Positions 1-9,181 of a stretch of 64,000 nt of DNA are shown here, one piece after another. Made by a program: the position numbers and the translations under genes. The stretch lies in the NCBI RefSeq assembly GCF_028368995.1, contig NZ_JAQNDL010000001.1:640001-704000 (forward strand), read 5' to 3'. The stretch's first letter is position 1. Every line of letters begins with the position of its first letter. The stretch is from Nannocystis bainbridge. Its GTDB lineage: Bacteria; Myxococcota_A; Polyangia; Nannocystales; Nannocystaceae. Under the pieces are notes generated by a model, which did no database searches, was not told the origin of the DNA, and saw only the letters and a list, made by a program, of their open reading frames with translations.

Positions 1-298
1 CCTCGGGGATCTTGCAACGAAACTCGAACTTGTTGTGGCTGCCCGGGGCGAGGTCACGATCCTGGGCGATCACGTTGCTCACCAGCACCTTGACGTCGAT
101 CGAGGGCAGCGAGCTGCCCTCCTTCGACTGCACCAACACCGAGACGATGTCGACCTTGAGCGCCGTCAGCTTGAGCGGCTTCTTGCCGCCGGTCAGCGTC
201 AGCGAGCCGGCCACGGTGCCGCCAGGCGGGACCTTGTCGAGGTCGAGCTTGAGGTCGAGCTGTGTGCCGCCACCGAAGAGTTTGTTGAGCAGTCCCAT
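1..298 (-). CDS. Spo0M-like/arrestin-fold sporulation-control family protein (3' end runs off the window)
   Basis: Manual translation from ATG at 298: MGLLNKLFGGGTQLDLKLDLDKVPPGGTVAGSLTLTGGKKPLKLTALKVDIV...FEFRCKIPE. This resembles the Spo0M N-terminus; strong GC3 codon bias. Confidence 0.6.
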   Translation of the reverse strand, partial: MGLLNKLFGGGTQLDLKLDLDKVPPGGTVAGSLTLTGGKKPLKLTALKVDIVSVLVQSKEGSSLPSIDVKVLVSNVIAQDRDLAPGSHNKFEFRCKIPE

Positions 299-470
299 GC
301 GTGGCCGGATGGTATCACCGGGTCAAGCAGCCACGAGGGCAGCGCGACGGCGGGGCACGCCCTCGCAAGGCCCCGTCGTTCGCGAAGCCCGCGACGGGCC
401 GCCAGCGAGACGCTGTTTCGCCGCGGCACGGTGAACCCCCGACCCCCACGTTCGCGGGGATCCACCGCCC

Positions 471-857
471 TCACCGGCCATCGGGCGGCAGATCGGTCCG
501 TTCGCTCAAGCACGCCGCGTGGCCGAGGATCACGTCGCCGTCGCGGGTGGCCGTCGGCGTCGGCCGCCAACCCGCGGCCACCCGGGCCGCCAGCAGCTCG
601 TCGGCCGTCGGCGCGTGGTCCCAGACGGCGACCGCCGTCACGCCCCCGAGTCACGTGGTGTCGTACACGAGGTGCAGCGCGCCCTCGTAATGCACCACGA
701 TGTCGTGGGTGTACTCGTCCTGGGTGATGACCTCGAGCAGCCGCGCCCGGCCGCCGCCGCACCAGCGAGCGACCACCGCCAGCGTGTGCTGCGACGCGAC
801 GATCGCGGCGATCTCGGCGAGCCGGGCAGGATCGAGGCCGACGCGATCGACGAGCAT
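471..857 (-). CDS. Candidate selenoprotein, 128 aa, in-frame UGA at 651-653 (..VYDTT-U-LGGV..)
   Basis: 68 codons (MLVDRVGLDPARL...HLVYDTT), then TGA, then 59 more in-frame GC3-biased codons (LGGVTAVAVWDHAPTADELLAARVAAGWRPTPT...GHAACLSERTDLPPDGR*). A SECIS-like hairpin begins 11 nt after the UGA. Confidence 0.7.
624..639 (-). promoter_or_regulatory. Putative bacterial SECIS element
   Basis: mRNA reads UGA-CUCGGGGGCGU-GACGGC-GGUC-GCCGUC: 11-nt spacer, perfect 6-bp stem and GGUC loop, matching the E. coli fdhF SECIS geometry. Confidence 0.65.
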
Positions 858-879
858 CGACAATACGGTAGCACCGCCG

Positions 880-1482
880 TCAAGACCGCGAGCCGAAGTA
901 GAACCCGACCAGCGCCGCCAGCCCCTGCTCGAGCCCGAGCCGGCCCACGCCCACGGTCGCCGCGTCCGGCAGGACATGGAAGAAAGCGTGGAGCGCCAGC
1001 GCGCCGACGGCCGCGATGCCGACGATCGCCCGCATGTCCTCGAGGACACGTGACGTGCCGCCGATGCGCCGCTGCAGCCAGCCCGTCACCCGCGTGAGCA
1101 GCAGCCCGAGCACGAACGCGAACGCCAGCACGAGCGTCACCACCCCGCGCTGCGACGCCGCGCCCTCCTGCCGCATCACGATCACGCCGACGCCGACGAG
1201 CCCGGCGATCAGCAGCAGGCGCACCGAGCCGCGCGGCAGCCACAGCGGCGGCGGGCCAGCGGACGCGTCCGCGGGCGCCTGGGCCCGGGCCGCGAAGTAA
1301 TGCCCGAGCACCACGAACAGCAGGCTCTCGAGCGCCTCCGGCGGCGCCTCGTCGGGCGCGCGCACCAGCAGCCCGCAGACCGTGCCGACCACCCCGAGCG
1401 CCAGCAGCGCCCGCACGCTGCCCGCCGGCAGCCCGAGCGCGTGCCGCCGCCGCCAATCCGCCGTCGCCGCCGTGTCGCTCAC
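880..1482 (-). CDS. Integral membrane protein with internal duplication
   Basis: 200 aa, about 6 hydrophobic segments; repeated LGLPAGSVRALL/LWLPRGSVRLLL and GHYFAAR/GFYFGSRS motifs. Confidence 0.8.
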   Translation of the reverse strand: MSDTAATADWRRRHALGLPAGSVRALLALGVVGTVCGLLVRAPDEAPPEALESLLFVVLGHYFAARAQAPADASAGPPPLWLPRGSVRLLLIAGLVGVGVIVMRQEGAASQRGVVTLVLAFAFVLGLLLTRVTGWLQRRIGGTSRVLEDMRAIVGIAAVGALALHAFFHVLPDAATVGVGRLGLEQGLAALVGFYFGSRS

Positions 1483-1676
1483 GCCCGGATTGTAGGCCGC
1501 GCGCCGGTCCGCGCGGCCCGACGATTTTCGCCCCTCGCCCGCGCGCGATCGCCAGTCGCCGACCGGATCGCCGCCGCAGCGGCGCGGCCCCGCCCTCGCC
1601 CTGCATCGCCGGCGCCGCGCCGGCGAATGTCATCACATGTCCGCAGAGACAGCTCGCCGCGATCCGGCGAATGACG

Positions 1677-2147
1677 TCACTCGAGCCGCACCGGCACCGC
1701 CTCGGGGCTGTCGATCTCGCGCGGGAGGACCCCGATCCACGAGATGCGCGCCCCCTGCGGCAGCACCGGCGGCCGGCCTTCCTCGACCTCCGCGACCGCC
1801 TCGCGCTCCTCGTCGGTCGAGAAGCACAGCCCCTCGACGCCCTCGAGCAGCAGCACCTCGTTGACCGGATCCAGCAGCAACACGCCGTCGATCTCGCCGA
1901 GCGTCACGCCGAGCCCCAGGCCCTCGGCCGTGCGCCCCGGGTGCTCGTCGTGGATCCCCACCTGCGTGACCACCTCGTCCTCGATGAACAGGGTGACGTC
2001 CCGCGAGTGGACCAGGCGCATGTCGCCGCGCTGCTCGAGCACGACCGCCCCCGCGCCCTCGAGCAGCGCCTCTTGCGGCCCCGCCGGCTCGCCCACGCGG
2101 AACGGGCCGATGCATTGTCCCGGGATGATTCGCAGCTGTTCTTCCAC
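1677..2147 (-). CDS. Hypothetical acidic protein (RIIPGQCIGPFRVG N-terminal motif)
   Basis: GTG at 2147 preceded by AGGAG; coding codon bias through to the stop at 1677. Confidence 0.7.
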   Translation of the reverse strand: MEEQLRIIPGQCIGPFRVGEPAGPQEALLEGAGAVVLEQRGDMRLVHSRDVTLFIEDEVVTQVGIHDEHPGRTAEGLGLGVTLGEIDGVLLLDPVNEVLLLEGVEGLCFSTDEEREAVAEVEEGRPPVLPQGARISWIGVLPREIDSPEAVPVRLE

Positions 2148-2407
2148 GCGCCGGCTCCTCGTCGGCGCGCACCCTAACAGCTCGCCGGGGCCGCGAGAAG
2201 CCGCGCACAGCCATCCCCCGGCGGCCAGCACTGGCCATTCGCTCGCCCATCGCCAATGTCCAGGGTCGCCGCGTCCCCAGCGCCGGCACCCCCTCATCCG
2301 GGAAATCCCGAAATCCGCCGCAGGCGGCCTCGACGGCGGCCTCCGGCGGCGAATTCGCTGCTTGCGCGGACCCGGGACCGCGATCATGCCGCCCGGACAG
2401 GAGTCGT

Positions 2408-3472
2408 ATGATGACGTCGTCCCGCGGGTTTTGGATGTGGGTGGTGGGGCTGTGTACTGTGGGCGCGTGTGACGGGCCGGCGCCCGAAGCGGACGCCGCC
2501 GTCGAGCTCCGCGAGCAGGTCGCCAACGGCCTCGAGCTGAACTCTGCCGTGCTGAACGGCATGCGCATGAACGGCATGCGCATGAACGGCGCCACGTTCA
2601 ACGGCATGCGCATGAACGGCATGCGCATGAACGGCATCAACCTCAACGGCCTCGGCTTGACCGGCAGCAGCCTGTCGGCCACGGGGATCGTGAACGGCGC
2701 GCCCAAGGTGTTCACCGGCACGCAGCTCGAGACCGCCGAGATCGACCTCGACATCGACGGCGCCGCCTGGAAGCTGCGCTTCGACGACATCTACAAGAAC
2801 CCCGCCGCCCCCCAGGGCGACGTGTGGTTCTACGAGATCTCGGTCCAGGCCCCGGGCGACACCGGTTGGGACAGCCTCTGCTACGACCACCTCGGCCAGC
2901 CGACTCAGGCGATCCCGCTCGCCAATTACTGGGACCTCACCACCGGCGCGCGGATCGTCGACCCCACCGTCGTCACCTTCGCCTGCCGCGACGCCGTGCT
3001 CGCCAAGTGCGTGGAGTGGGGCTACCGGCCGTGGGCCAAGGTCGGCTCGACCTCGCTGGCCAACCACCACCAGGCCTGCACCCGCATGACGCGCGCCGAC
3101 TACTGCGGCGACGGCACCAGCCACACCTTCACCGGCACGCCGATCGACATCTTCGACAAGCTGACCCCGCGGATCCAGAGCTCGACCACCCAGACTCGCC
3201 AGAGCTGGGGCCCCGAGGCCGAGTGGGGCCCCAACGGCGCCGTCTGCGTGGGCGACATGATGCGCCTCAAGCTGTTCGACGACGCCGGCGTCCCCTACAC
3301 CTACCCGTCCTGCCTCGACGCCATCGACGACTTCAGCTCCTGCGGCACCCTCTCGCCCAGCCGCAACGGGCTGATCGCCAACCGCTTCTGCGACAAGTGG
3401 GGCGACCAGCCGCAGCAGTGCAACAGCAAGGACAACAACGGCGACGACGACGAGGACGACGGCGACGATTGA
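2408..3472 (+). CDS. ADYC-domain lipoprotein with NGMRM pentapeptide repeats
   Basis: Signal peptide and lipobox-like VGAC; NGMRM repeats; KCVEWGYRPW and ACTRMTRADYCGDG motifs; AGGAG RBS. Confidence 0.9.
   Translation: MMTSSRGFWMWVVGLCTVGACDGPAPEADAAVELREQVANGLELNSAVLNGMRMNGMRMNGATFNGMRMNGMRMNGINLNGLGLTGSSLSATGIVNGAPKVFTGTQLETAEIDLDIDGAAWKLRFDDIYKNPAAPQGDVWFYEISVQAPGDTGWDSLCYDHLGQPTQAIPLANYWDLTTGARIVDPTVVTFACRDAVLAKCVEWGYRPWAKVGSTSLANHHQACTRMTRADYCGDGTSHTFTGTPIDIFDKLTPRIQSSTTQTRQSWGPEAEWGPNGAVCVGDMMRLKLFDDAGVPYTYPSCLDAIDDFSSCGTLSPSRNGLIANRFCDKWGDQPQQCNSKDNNGDDDEDDGDD
2554..2650 (+). repeat. 15-bp coding tandem repeat (AACGGCATGCGCATG) encoding NGMRM
   Basis: Visible tandem copies inside the ADYC gene. 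Confidence 0.9.
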
Positions 3473-3585
3473 CCCGAAGGCCAGGTCCGCAATGCTCGGA
3501 CCTGTCCCCGGGGACACCTCGCGAAAGAGGCCGCCAGCGCGACGCTGGCGGCCTCTGCCGTTTTATCGACCGCCCGCGGGCGGCC

Positions 3586-4704
3586 TCAGCGCGCCTCGGC
3601 CAGCTTGCCCGAGGTCGTCGCCAGGTACTCTTCCCACTTGCGGATCGTCAGCGCCTGGAACGCGTGCACCGCCGGGTTGAGCTCGGCGATGGGCGCCTGC
3701 CAGTGGCGGTTGTAGCCGTCCTGCTCGGCCTCGACCGCGACCCCGTCCTCCTCGAGCAGCGGCTTGAACACCACCTGCTTGGCGATCCCGAGCACCGGCT
3801 CCATCACCTGGCGCGGGATCTGCAGCGGCAGCCCCGGGACCTTGAAGCTGTCGAAGTAGAACAGGAAGAACGAGCGGGTGGTCTGCTCGTCGATCGGCAG
3901 GCAGAAGCACCAGTCCTTGATCTTCCCGTCGGTGTCCGACCACTGATACGGGTATTGATAGCAGAGCGTCATCGCATTGACGTTGGTGCGCTTGCGATCG
4001 ACGAAGTGCTTCATCAGCGGCCCGTCGGCCACCTTGGTGTCGTACGACACGTAGACGCGGTCGCCGTCGACCCGCAGGTCGGTCAGCGTCGAGTCCGTGA
4101 ACGGGCGGAACCGCCGGTGCAGGTACGCGTGGGTGAAGTCGCTGACGTTGTCGATGATCATCGAGTGGTGGGCCTTCCACGTGAAGTCCACCAGCAGCTT
4201 GGCCCACGGCTTCGGCCCGTCGAGCTCCGGGATCTCCGGCATCGGCGTCGCGTCGGCGCGCGCCGGGTCGCCGAAGAACACCCACACCAGGCCATAGCGC
4301 TCGCGCACCGGGTAGTGGCGCAGCTCGATCTTCGGCAGCGGCTTGCCGAACAGCTCGTGCGGCACCTTGCACAGCTTGCCGTCGCCGCCGTACGCCCAGC
4401 CGTGGTACGGGCACACCACGTTGCAGCCCTCGACCCGCCCGCCCGACAGCTTGAGCTGGCGGTGCGCGCAGCGGTTGTCGATCGCGCGCAGGGCCCCGTC
4501 CTCGCCGCGGAACACCGCGACCGAACGGCGCCAGAACGTCACCTCGACCACCTTGCCGACCGGCACCGCGCGCGCGTACTCGACGGCGTACCAGTGATTG
4601 GGGTCGAGCCCGGCCGCGCGGACCTTCTGCCGCTTGTTGCGCGCCTCCTCGAAGCTCGGCGGCGGCGCGCGCCCGATCGTGTGCAGCATCTCCGTCATCG
4701 TCAT
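3586..4704 (-). CDS. Rieske non-heme iron oxygenase (probable sterol-modifying enzyme)
   Basis: Rieske motifs CAH and CPYHGW; mononuclear Fe motif NVSDFTHAYLH; start overlaps the upstream stop (ATGA at 4701-4704). Confidence 0.9.
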   Translation of the reverse strand: MTMTEMLHTIGRAPPPSFEEARNKRQKVRAAGLDPNHWYAVEYARAVPVGKVVEVTFWRRSVAVFRGEDGALRAIDNRCAHRQLKLSGGRVEGCNVVCPYHGWAYGGDGKLCKVPHELFGKPLPKIELRHYPVRERYGLVWVFFGDPARADATPMPEIPELDGPKPWAKLLVDFTWKAHHSMIIDNVSDFTHAYLHRRFRPFTDSTLTDLRVDGDRVYVSYDTKVADGPLMKHFVDRKRTNVNAMTLCYQYPYQWSDTDGKIKDWCFCLPIDEQTTRSFFLFYFDSFKVPGLPLQIPRQVMEPVLGIAKQVVFKPLLEEDGVAVEAEQDGYNRHWQAPIAELNPAVHAFQALTIRKWEEYLATTSGKLAEAR

Positions 4705-5228
4705 CCTCGTCCTGTCTCGAACAGCGGGCGGACCTCGCCCGCGGGCCCGCGCCGCGGCAGCATTCGCCGCAGCAGCGCCAGCGGAAAGAGCACGTACGGC
4801 GCATACAACAGCGCCACCAGCCACGGCACCGTCGGCCGCGGCTCGCCGAAGGTGTGCACCCCGAGGAAGATCACCATCGAGTAGAGCATCACCGACGCGT
4901 AGATGATCGCGGGCCAGCGGATCCACTCGCGCCGGCGCACCAGCGCGACCGCCAGCACCGCGTAGAACGGCCCGAACACGAAGGCCGACACGCACGACGC
5001 GATCTGCAGCCACAGCGGGTTCAGCACGATCAGCGGATCGTAGGTGCTGCCCCACCAGTAGAAGAAGCCGCGCAGCCCCTCCGTCGCCGGCGCCATCGGC
5101 CCCGGCTCGAGCGCGGCCATGCGGTCGAACAGCAGCGACGTGCTGCAGAAGCTGAGCGCGAACACCAGCAGGACGCGGTCGATCCAGCGCACCTGGACAT
5201 GTCCCTCGTGACCTGTCACGTCCGCCAT
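4701..5228 (-). CDS. EXPERA/emopamil-binding-protein family membrane protein (sterol isomerase-like)
   Basis: Four TM segments; WWGSTYDPL..NPLWL and terminal YAPYVLFPL motifs; lies between CYP51 and the Rieske gene. Confidence 0.75.
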   Translation of the reverse strand: MADVTGHEGHVQVRWIDRVLLVFALSFCSTSLLFDRMAALEPGPMAPATEGLRGFFYWWGSTYDPLIVLNPLWLQIASCVSAFVFGPFYAVLAVALVRRREWIRWPAIIYASVMLYSMVIFLGVHTFGEPRPTVPWLVALLYAPYVLFPLALLRRMLPRRGPAGEVRPLFETGRG

Positions 5229-5252
5229 GTCCTCTCGCTCATGTCCCTGCGG
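5197..5252. repeat. 14-bp-period CATG palindrome array (4 units) across the CYP51/EBP junction
   Basis: acatgtccctcgtg/acctgtcacgtccg/ccatgtcctctcgc/tcatgtccctgcgg. Confidence 0.7.
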
Positions 5253-6666
5253 ACTGCTGGCCGACCCGCCGGTAGCGGACCCGGCACGGCGGGCGCGGGC
5301 CGACGATCAGGTTGGTGTAGTCGACCGGGTAGCTCGGGTCGAGCAGGTCGAACTCGAAGTTGCGCAGCAGGTGGCTCCACAGCGCGCGCAGCTGCAGCTG
5401 GGCGAACACGATGCCCATGCAGCGGTGGCGCCCGGCCCCGAACGCGATGTGGCCGTAGGGCCAGCGCTTGTCCTCCTCGCGGCCCGGCATGAAGCGGTCG
5501 GGGTCGAACCGGTGCGGCTCGGGGAACACCTCCGGCACCCGCTGACCGACCGCCGGCGAGGCGATGATCATGCTGCCCTCGGGCACCTGCTTGCCCTGGA
5601 ACTCGAACGCCTTGAGCACGCGACGCATCACCAGGATGATCGGCGGGTACAGGCGGAGGGCCTCCTTGATGGTGGCCTCGAGCAGCTTCATCTTCTGCAG
5701 GTCGTCGTAGGTGATGCGCTCGCGGTCGCCGAGGATCTCGCGCTGCTCGGCGACGAGGCGGCGGAAGATGTGCGGGTGCTGGGCCAGCAGCACCGCGATC
5801 CACGAGAACGTCACGCCGCTGGTGTGGTGGCCGGCGAACATGATCGTCAGGATGAGCCCCGTGATCTCGTCGACCGTCAGCTTGCGCCCGTCGGCGTAGC
5901 TCGACTCGACCAGCGTCTGCAGGATGTCCTCGTGGGTGTGCGCGTCGGAGCGGCGCTCGGCGACGATCTTCTCGATCAGCTCGACCATCTTGACCCGCGC
6001 CTTGTCGCGCCGGCGCATGGCCGGCAGCGGCAGGTACGGGGCGAAGAACGAGATGACGTTGATCCCGCCCTCGAGGTCGGCGTACAGCTCGGAGAACTCC
6101 TTGCTGAGCTTGAACCGCATCTTGTCGCCGAGCAGGCAGCGGGTCGACGTGTAGAGCGTCACCTCGTTGCCGACCTCGAGCATGTTGACCTCGCCGGTCT
6201 GGCCCCACTTGCCGAAGAAATGCTCCGACTCGGCGATGAAGCCGTCGGTGTAGGTCCGCAGCCGGCTCTCGCGCAGCGCCCCGTGGAAGAAGCCGAGCTG
6301 CTCCTTCATGATCTGCGGCTCGGCGTCGTAGGCGATGCCCTTGCCGAACACCGGCGTCATCAGCTGGTACGCCTCGCGCTGGCTGACCTCGTCGTCGCGG
6401 AAGCGGAAGTACTTCTCCTGCGCCGCGTGGCCGGTCATCACCACGCCGAGGGTGCCCGGCAGGCGCACGCAGAAGATGTCGCCGAACATGTCGCGCCCGC
6501 GCTGGACCATCGCCACCGGGTTCGAGCGCAGCTCGCCCGCGTGGCCGACGAACGGCAGGCCGCCCGGCAACATGGGCGGCAAGTTGGGGAGGTCGAGCGG
6601 GAGCGGGCGCAGCGTCGACAGCAACGTCGTCGCCGTCTGACGCACGTGTTCGGGGACCGTGAGCAT
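5239..6666 (-). CDS. cyp51: Cytochrome P450, sterol 14-alpha-demethylase (CYP51)
   Basis: CYP51 signatures AYQLMTPVFGKGIAYD and FAGHHTS; EALR; FDPDRF; heme motif FGAGRHRCMG. Confidence 0.92.
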   Translation of the reverse strand: MLTVPEHVRQTATTLLSTLRPLPLDLPNLPPMLPGGLPFVGHAGELRSNPVAMVQRGRDMFGDIFCVRLPGTLGVVMTGHAAQEKYFRFRDDEVSQREAYQLMTPVFGKGIAYDAEPQIMKEQLGFFHGALRESRLRTYTDGFIAESEHFFGKWGQTGEVNMLEVGNEVTLYTSTRCLLGDKMRFKLSKEFSELYADLEGGINVISFFAPYLPLPAMRRRDKARVKMVELIEKIVAERRSDAHTHEDILQTLVESSYADGRKLTVDEITGLILTIMFAGHHTSGVTFSWIAVLLAQHPHIFRRLVAEQREILGDRERITYDDLQKMKLLEATIKEALRLYPPIILVMRRVLKAFEFQGKQVPEGSMIIASPAVGQRVPEVFPEPHRFDPDRFMPGREEDKRWPYGHIAFGAGRHRCMGIVFAQLQLRALWSHLLRNFEFDLLDPSYPVDYTNLIVGPRPPCRVRYRRVGQQSAGT

Positions 6667-7100
6667 CGAGGGGCACGCTACCGCAAGCCCCCGCGCCGAC
6701 GCCCGCGCGGCGGCTGTGAGAGAACTTCACGCGTCGACGCCGCGGACGCAGGCGGTCCACAGGTCCAGATCGCCCGCTTCGGCGTCCGCGACCGCGGCCG
6801 TGTGCGCGGCGCCAGGTGACTTCGCTTCGACGCGCGTCGCCCGGGCCACGGCCGCCTACGCCCGCGTTTGTCCTGGCCCTGCGAACCGCCGCGCACACGC
6901 CCCCGGCCGCGCCCGTTCGGGGCTTTCCCCAGCCGGAAGCTCGCGGTCTGGCCCGGGCGCTGCCACGCCCCCGACAGTGATCGGCGCCACACTGCTGCGC
7001 GCCGCCCCGATCGCGTCGAGCGGCAGCAAAAATCGCGGCCTACGCGTCGGCGCCAATTTGTCCCCGGTCCGCGAGGCCGCGCCTCCACGGCGAAGGACCT

Positions 7101-7472
7101 TCAATCGCGCGTGTACCACCACGCCCACGCCAGCAGCACCAGCTGCAGCGGCACCCGCACCCACAGCGCCGTCTGCGACGCCGGCAGCCCCTCGACCTGC
7201 ACGCCCGCCACCGCGTGGTGGATGTTGGCCGGCCACATCGCCAGCAACAGCGCGAACACCCCCCAGGCCGCCGCCTTGCGCGTGCGCGGGACCAGCAGCC
7301 CGAGCCCGCCGGCGATCTCGAGCACGCCGGTGATCAGCACCAGCTCGTAGTGCCACGGCAACTGCGGCGGCATGATCGCCATGAACCGGTCCGGGATCAC
7401 GAAATGCCCGACCCCCGCCGCGATCAGCAGCGCCGCCAGCACCCCCAGGAGCACCCGCTTCGGGATCGACAT
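7101..7472 (-). CDS. DoxX-like membrane protein
   Basis: AGVGHF, TGVLEIAGGLGLL, WPANI and LWVRVPLQ motifs. Confidence 0.85.
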   Translation of the reverse strand: MSIPKRVLLGVLAALLIAAGVGHFVIPDRFMAIMPPQLPWHYELVLITGVLEIAGGLGLLVPRTRKAAAWGVFALLLAMWPANIHHAVAGVQVEGLPASQTALWVRVPLQLVLLAWAWWYTRD

Positions 7473-7531
7473 CCGGCCAGTGTGACAGATCGCCGCGCGC
7501 CTCACAGCGCCCGCGCGCTACCCTCCCGCGC

Positions 7532-8332
7532 ATGGAGCTCACCGACGTCCGCTACGACCGCGAGGGTGCGACCGCCCTCGTCACCCTCGATCGCCCCGCC
7601 GCGCGCAACGCCTACAGCGAGGCGATGGTCGAGAGCCTGGTGCACGCGATCGACCTCGCCGAGCGCGACGAGGCCGTGCGCGTCGTCATCCTCACCGGCG
7701 CCGGCCCGGCCTTCTCCGCCGGCGGCGACCTCAAGCGCATGCTCAACAAGGAGGGCATGTTCGCCGGCGGGCCAGCCGAGCTGCGCCGCCAGTACGTCGA
7801 CGGGATCCAGCGGATCTCGCGGCGCCTGGCGCTGACCGACAAGCCGATCGTGGCCGCCCTCAACGGCCCGGCGATCGGCGCGGGGCTCGACCTGGCGTGC
7901 ATGTGCGACCTGCGACTGGCCGCCCGCGGGGCCCAGTTCGGCTCGACCTTCGTCAAGGTCGGCCTGGTCCCCGGCGACGGCGGGGCCTACTTCCTGGCCC
8001 GCACGATCGGCTTCTCGCGCGCGCTCGAGCTCATGCTGACCGCCCGCGTGATCGACTGCGACGAGGCGCTGCGGATCGGCCTGGTCCACCGCGTGGTCGA
8101 GCCCGACGAGCTGCTGCCCGCCGCCCGCGCCCTGGCCTCCGAGCTGGCCGCCCTGCCCCCGGTGGCCCTGCGCCTGACCAAGCGCGCCGCCTACCGCAGC
8201 CACGAGGTCGGCCTCGACGCCGCGCTCGAGCTGGCCGCGACCTACCAGGGCGTGGCCCAGACCACCGCCGACCACCGCGAGGCCGTCGCCGCGATGCTCG
8301 AGCGCCGCCCGCCCCGCTTCACCGGCGAGTGA
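7532..8332 (+). CDS. Enoyl-CoA hydratase/isomerase (crotonase family)
   Basis: AFSAGGDL, KPIVAALNGPAIGAGLDLA, GLVPGDGG motifs. Confidence 0.95.
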   Translation: MELTDVRYDREGATALVTLDRPAARNAYSEAMVESLVHAIDLAERDEAVRVVILTGAGPAFSAGGDLKRMLNKEGMFAGGPAELRRQYVDGIQRISRRLALTDKPIVAALNGPAIGAGLDLACMCDLRLAARGAQFGSTFVKVGLVPGDGGAYFLARTIGFSRALELMLTARVIDCDEALRIGLVHRVVEPDELLPAARALASELAALPPVALRLTKRAAYRSHEVGLDAALELAATYQGVAQTTADHREAVAAMLERRPPRFTGE

Positions 8333-8346
8333 GCTGTTTCCAAGGG

Positions 8347-8402
8347 ACATGTCCTCCAGGGCATGGCCTCAAGGACATGCCCCATCGAGCATGTCCCTGC
8401 GG
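8347..8402. repeat. 14-bp-period CATG palindrome array (4 units) between convergent genes
   Basis: acatgtcctccagg/gcatggcctcaagg/acatgccccatcga/gcatgtccctgcgg. Confidence 0.85.
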
Positions 8403-8412
8403 TCCGCCGGGC

Positions 8413-8871
8413 TCACGAACCGAAGCAGTGCACCGCGCCCTCGATCTCGCCCGGGCAGTCGCTGTTGTTGCACGCGTCGACGTGATCGCCGCCGCAGAAC
8501 GGCTGGCACGCCGCGGCGCACGGATAGCCCGGCACGCACCCGTCGGGGTTGGGCAGGCACGCCGGCAGAGCGACCCCGCACTGGCCGTCGAAGCTCTGCA
8601 CGCACACCTCATCGTCGGCGCAGCCGCACGGGTTCGCGTCCTCGGTGGTCGCCTGGCCCGTCGTCGACGGCGCCCCGGTCGTGCTCGTGCTCGTGCTCGT
8701 GGTCGGCGCGTCGGCGGTGCTGCTGCTCGTGGTGCTGCTGCCCGTCGTCGTCGTCCCGGCGGCCGTCGTGCTCGTATCGGATGTCGAGGCGCTGGTGGTG
8801 TCGCTCTGCGGACCGCAGGCGGCCGTCAGCGCGAAGGCGAGGCCGATGATTGGATGTGTCGATACAGACAT
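8413..8871 (-). CDS. Lipoprotein with Thr-rich linker and Cys-rich C-terminal domain
   Basis: Lipobox LTAAC; T/S-rich stalk; multiple Cys in the C-terminal ~70 aa. Confidence 0.85.
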   Translation of the reverse strand: MSVSTHPIIGLAFALTAACGPQSDTTSASTSDTSTTAAGTTTTGSSTTSSSTADAPTTSTSTSTTGAPSTTGQATTEDANPCGCADDEVCVQSFDGQCGVALPACLPNPDGCVPGYPCAAACQPFCGGDHVDACNNSDCPGEIEGAVHCFGS

Positions 8872-8875
8872 GGCG

Positions 8876-9181
8876 TCACGGCTCGACGGCCACCAGCCGG
8901 CCGAAGATCGCGTGCCCGCCGATCCAGCCGTTGATCTTGCCGTGGTTGTTGCCGATCTGATATCGGCCGTCGCTGGCGATGGCCTTGACGATGTGGAGAT
9001 AGTCGGCGCCGCGGATCTGGCACAGCACGACGTCGCCGGTCTCGAGCTTTTCGAGGTCGATCGGCTCGACGGTGCACAGCTGACCCGACTTGATCCGCGG
9101 CGTCATCGAGTTCCCGTGGGGTCGGAACTTGACCGTCGTACCGGCGCGCAGCTTTTCGATGTGATAACGGGCCCAGCCCAT
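8876..9181 (-). CDS. Small S24/S26-family peptidase-like protein
   Basis: HGNSMTPRIKSG (catalytic Ser motif), GDVVL and YLHIVKAI; no HTH. Confidence 0.75.
   Translation of the reverse strand: MGWARYHIEKLRAGTTVKFRPHGNSMTPRIKSGQLCTVEPIDLEKLETGDVVLCQIRGADYLHIVKAIASDGRYQIGNNHGKINGWIGGHAIFGRLVAVEP

Noticed and set aside
651-1049. ORF-track 132-aa call
   Set aside because: Its N-terminal half overlaps the membrane-protein gene out of frame. The ATG at 857 with a -10 box and UGA read-through fits better.
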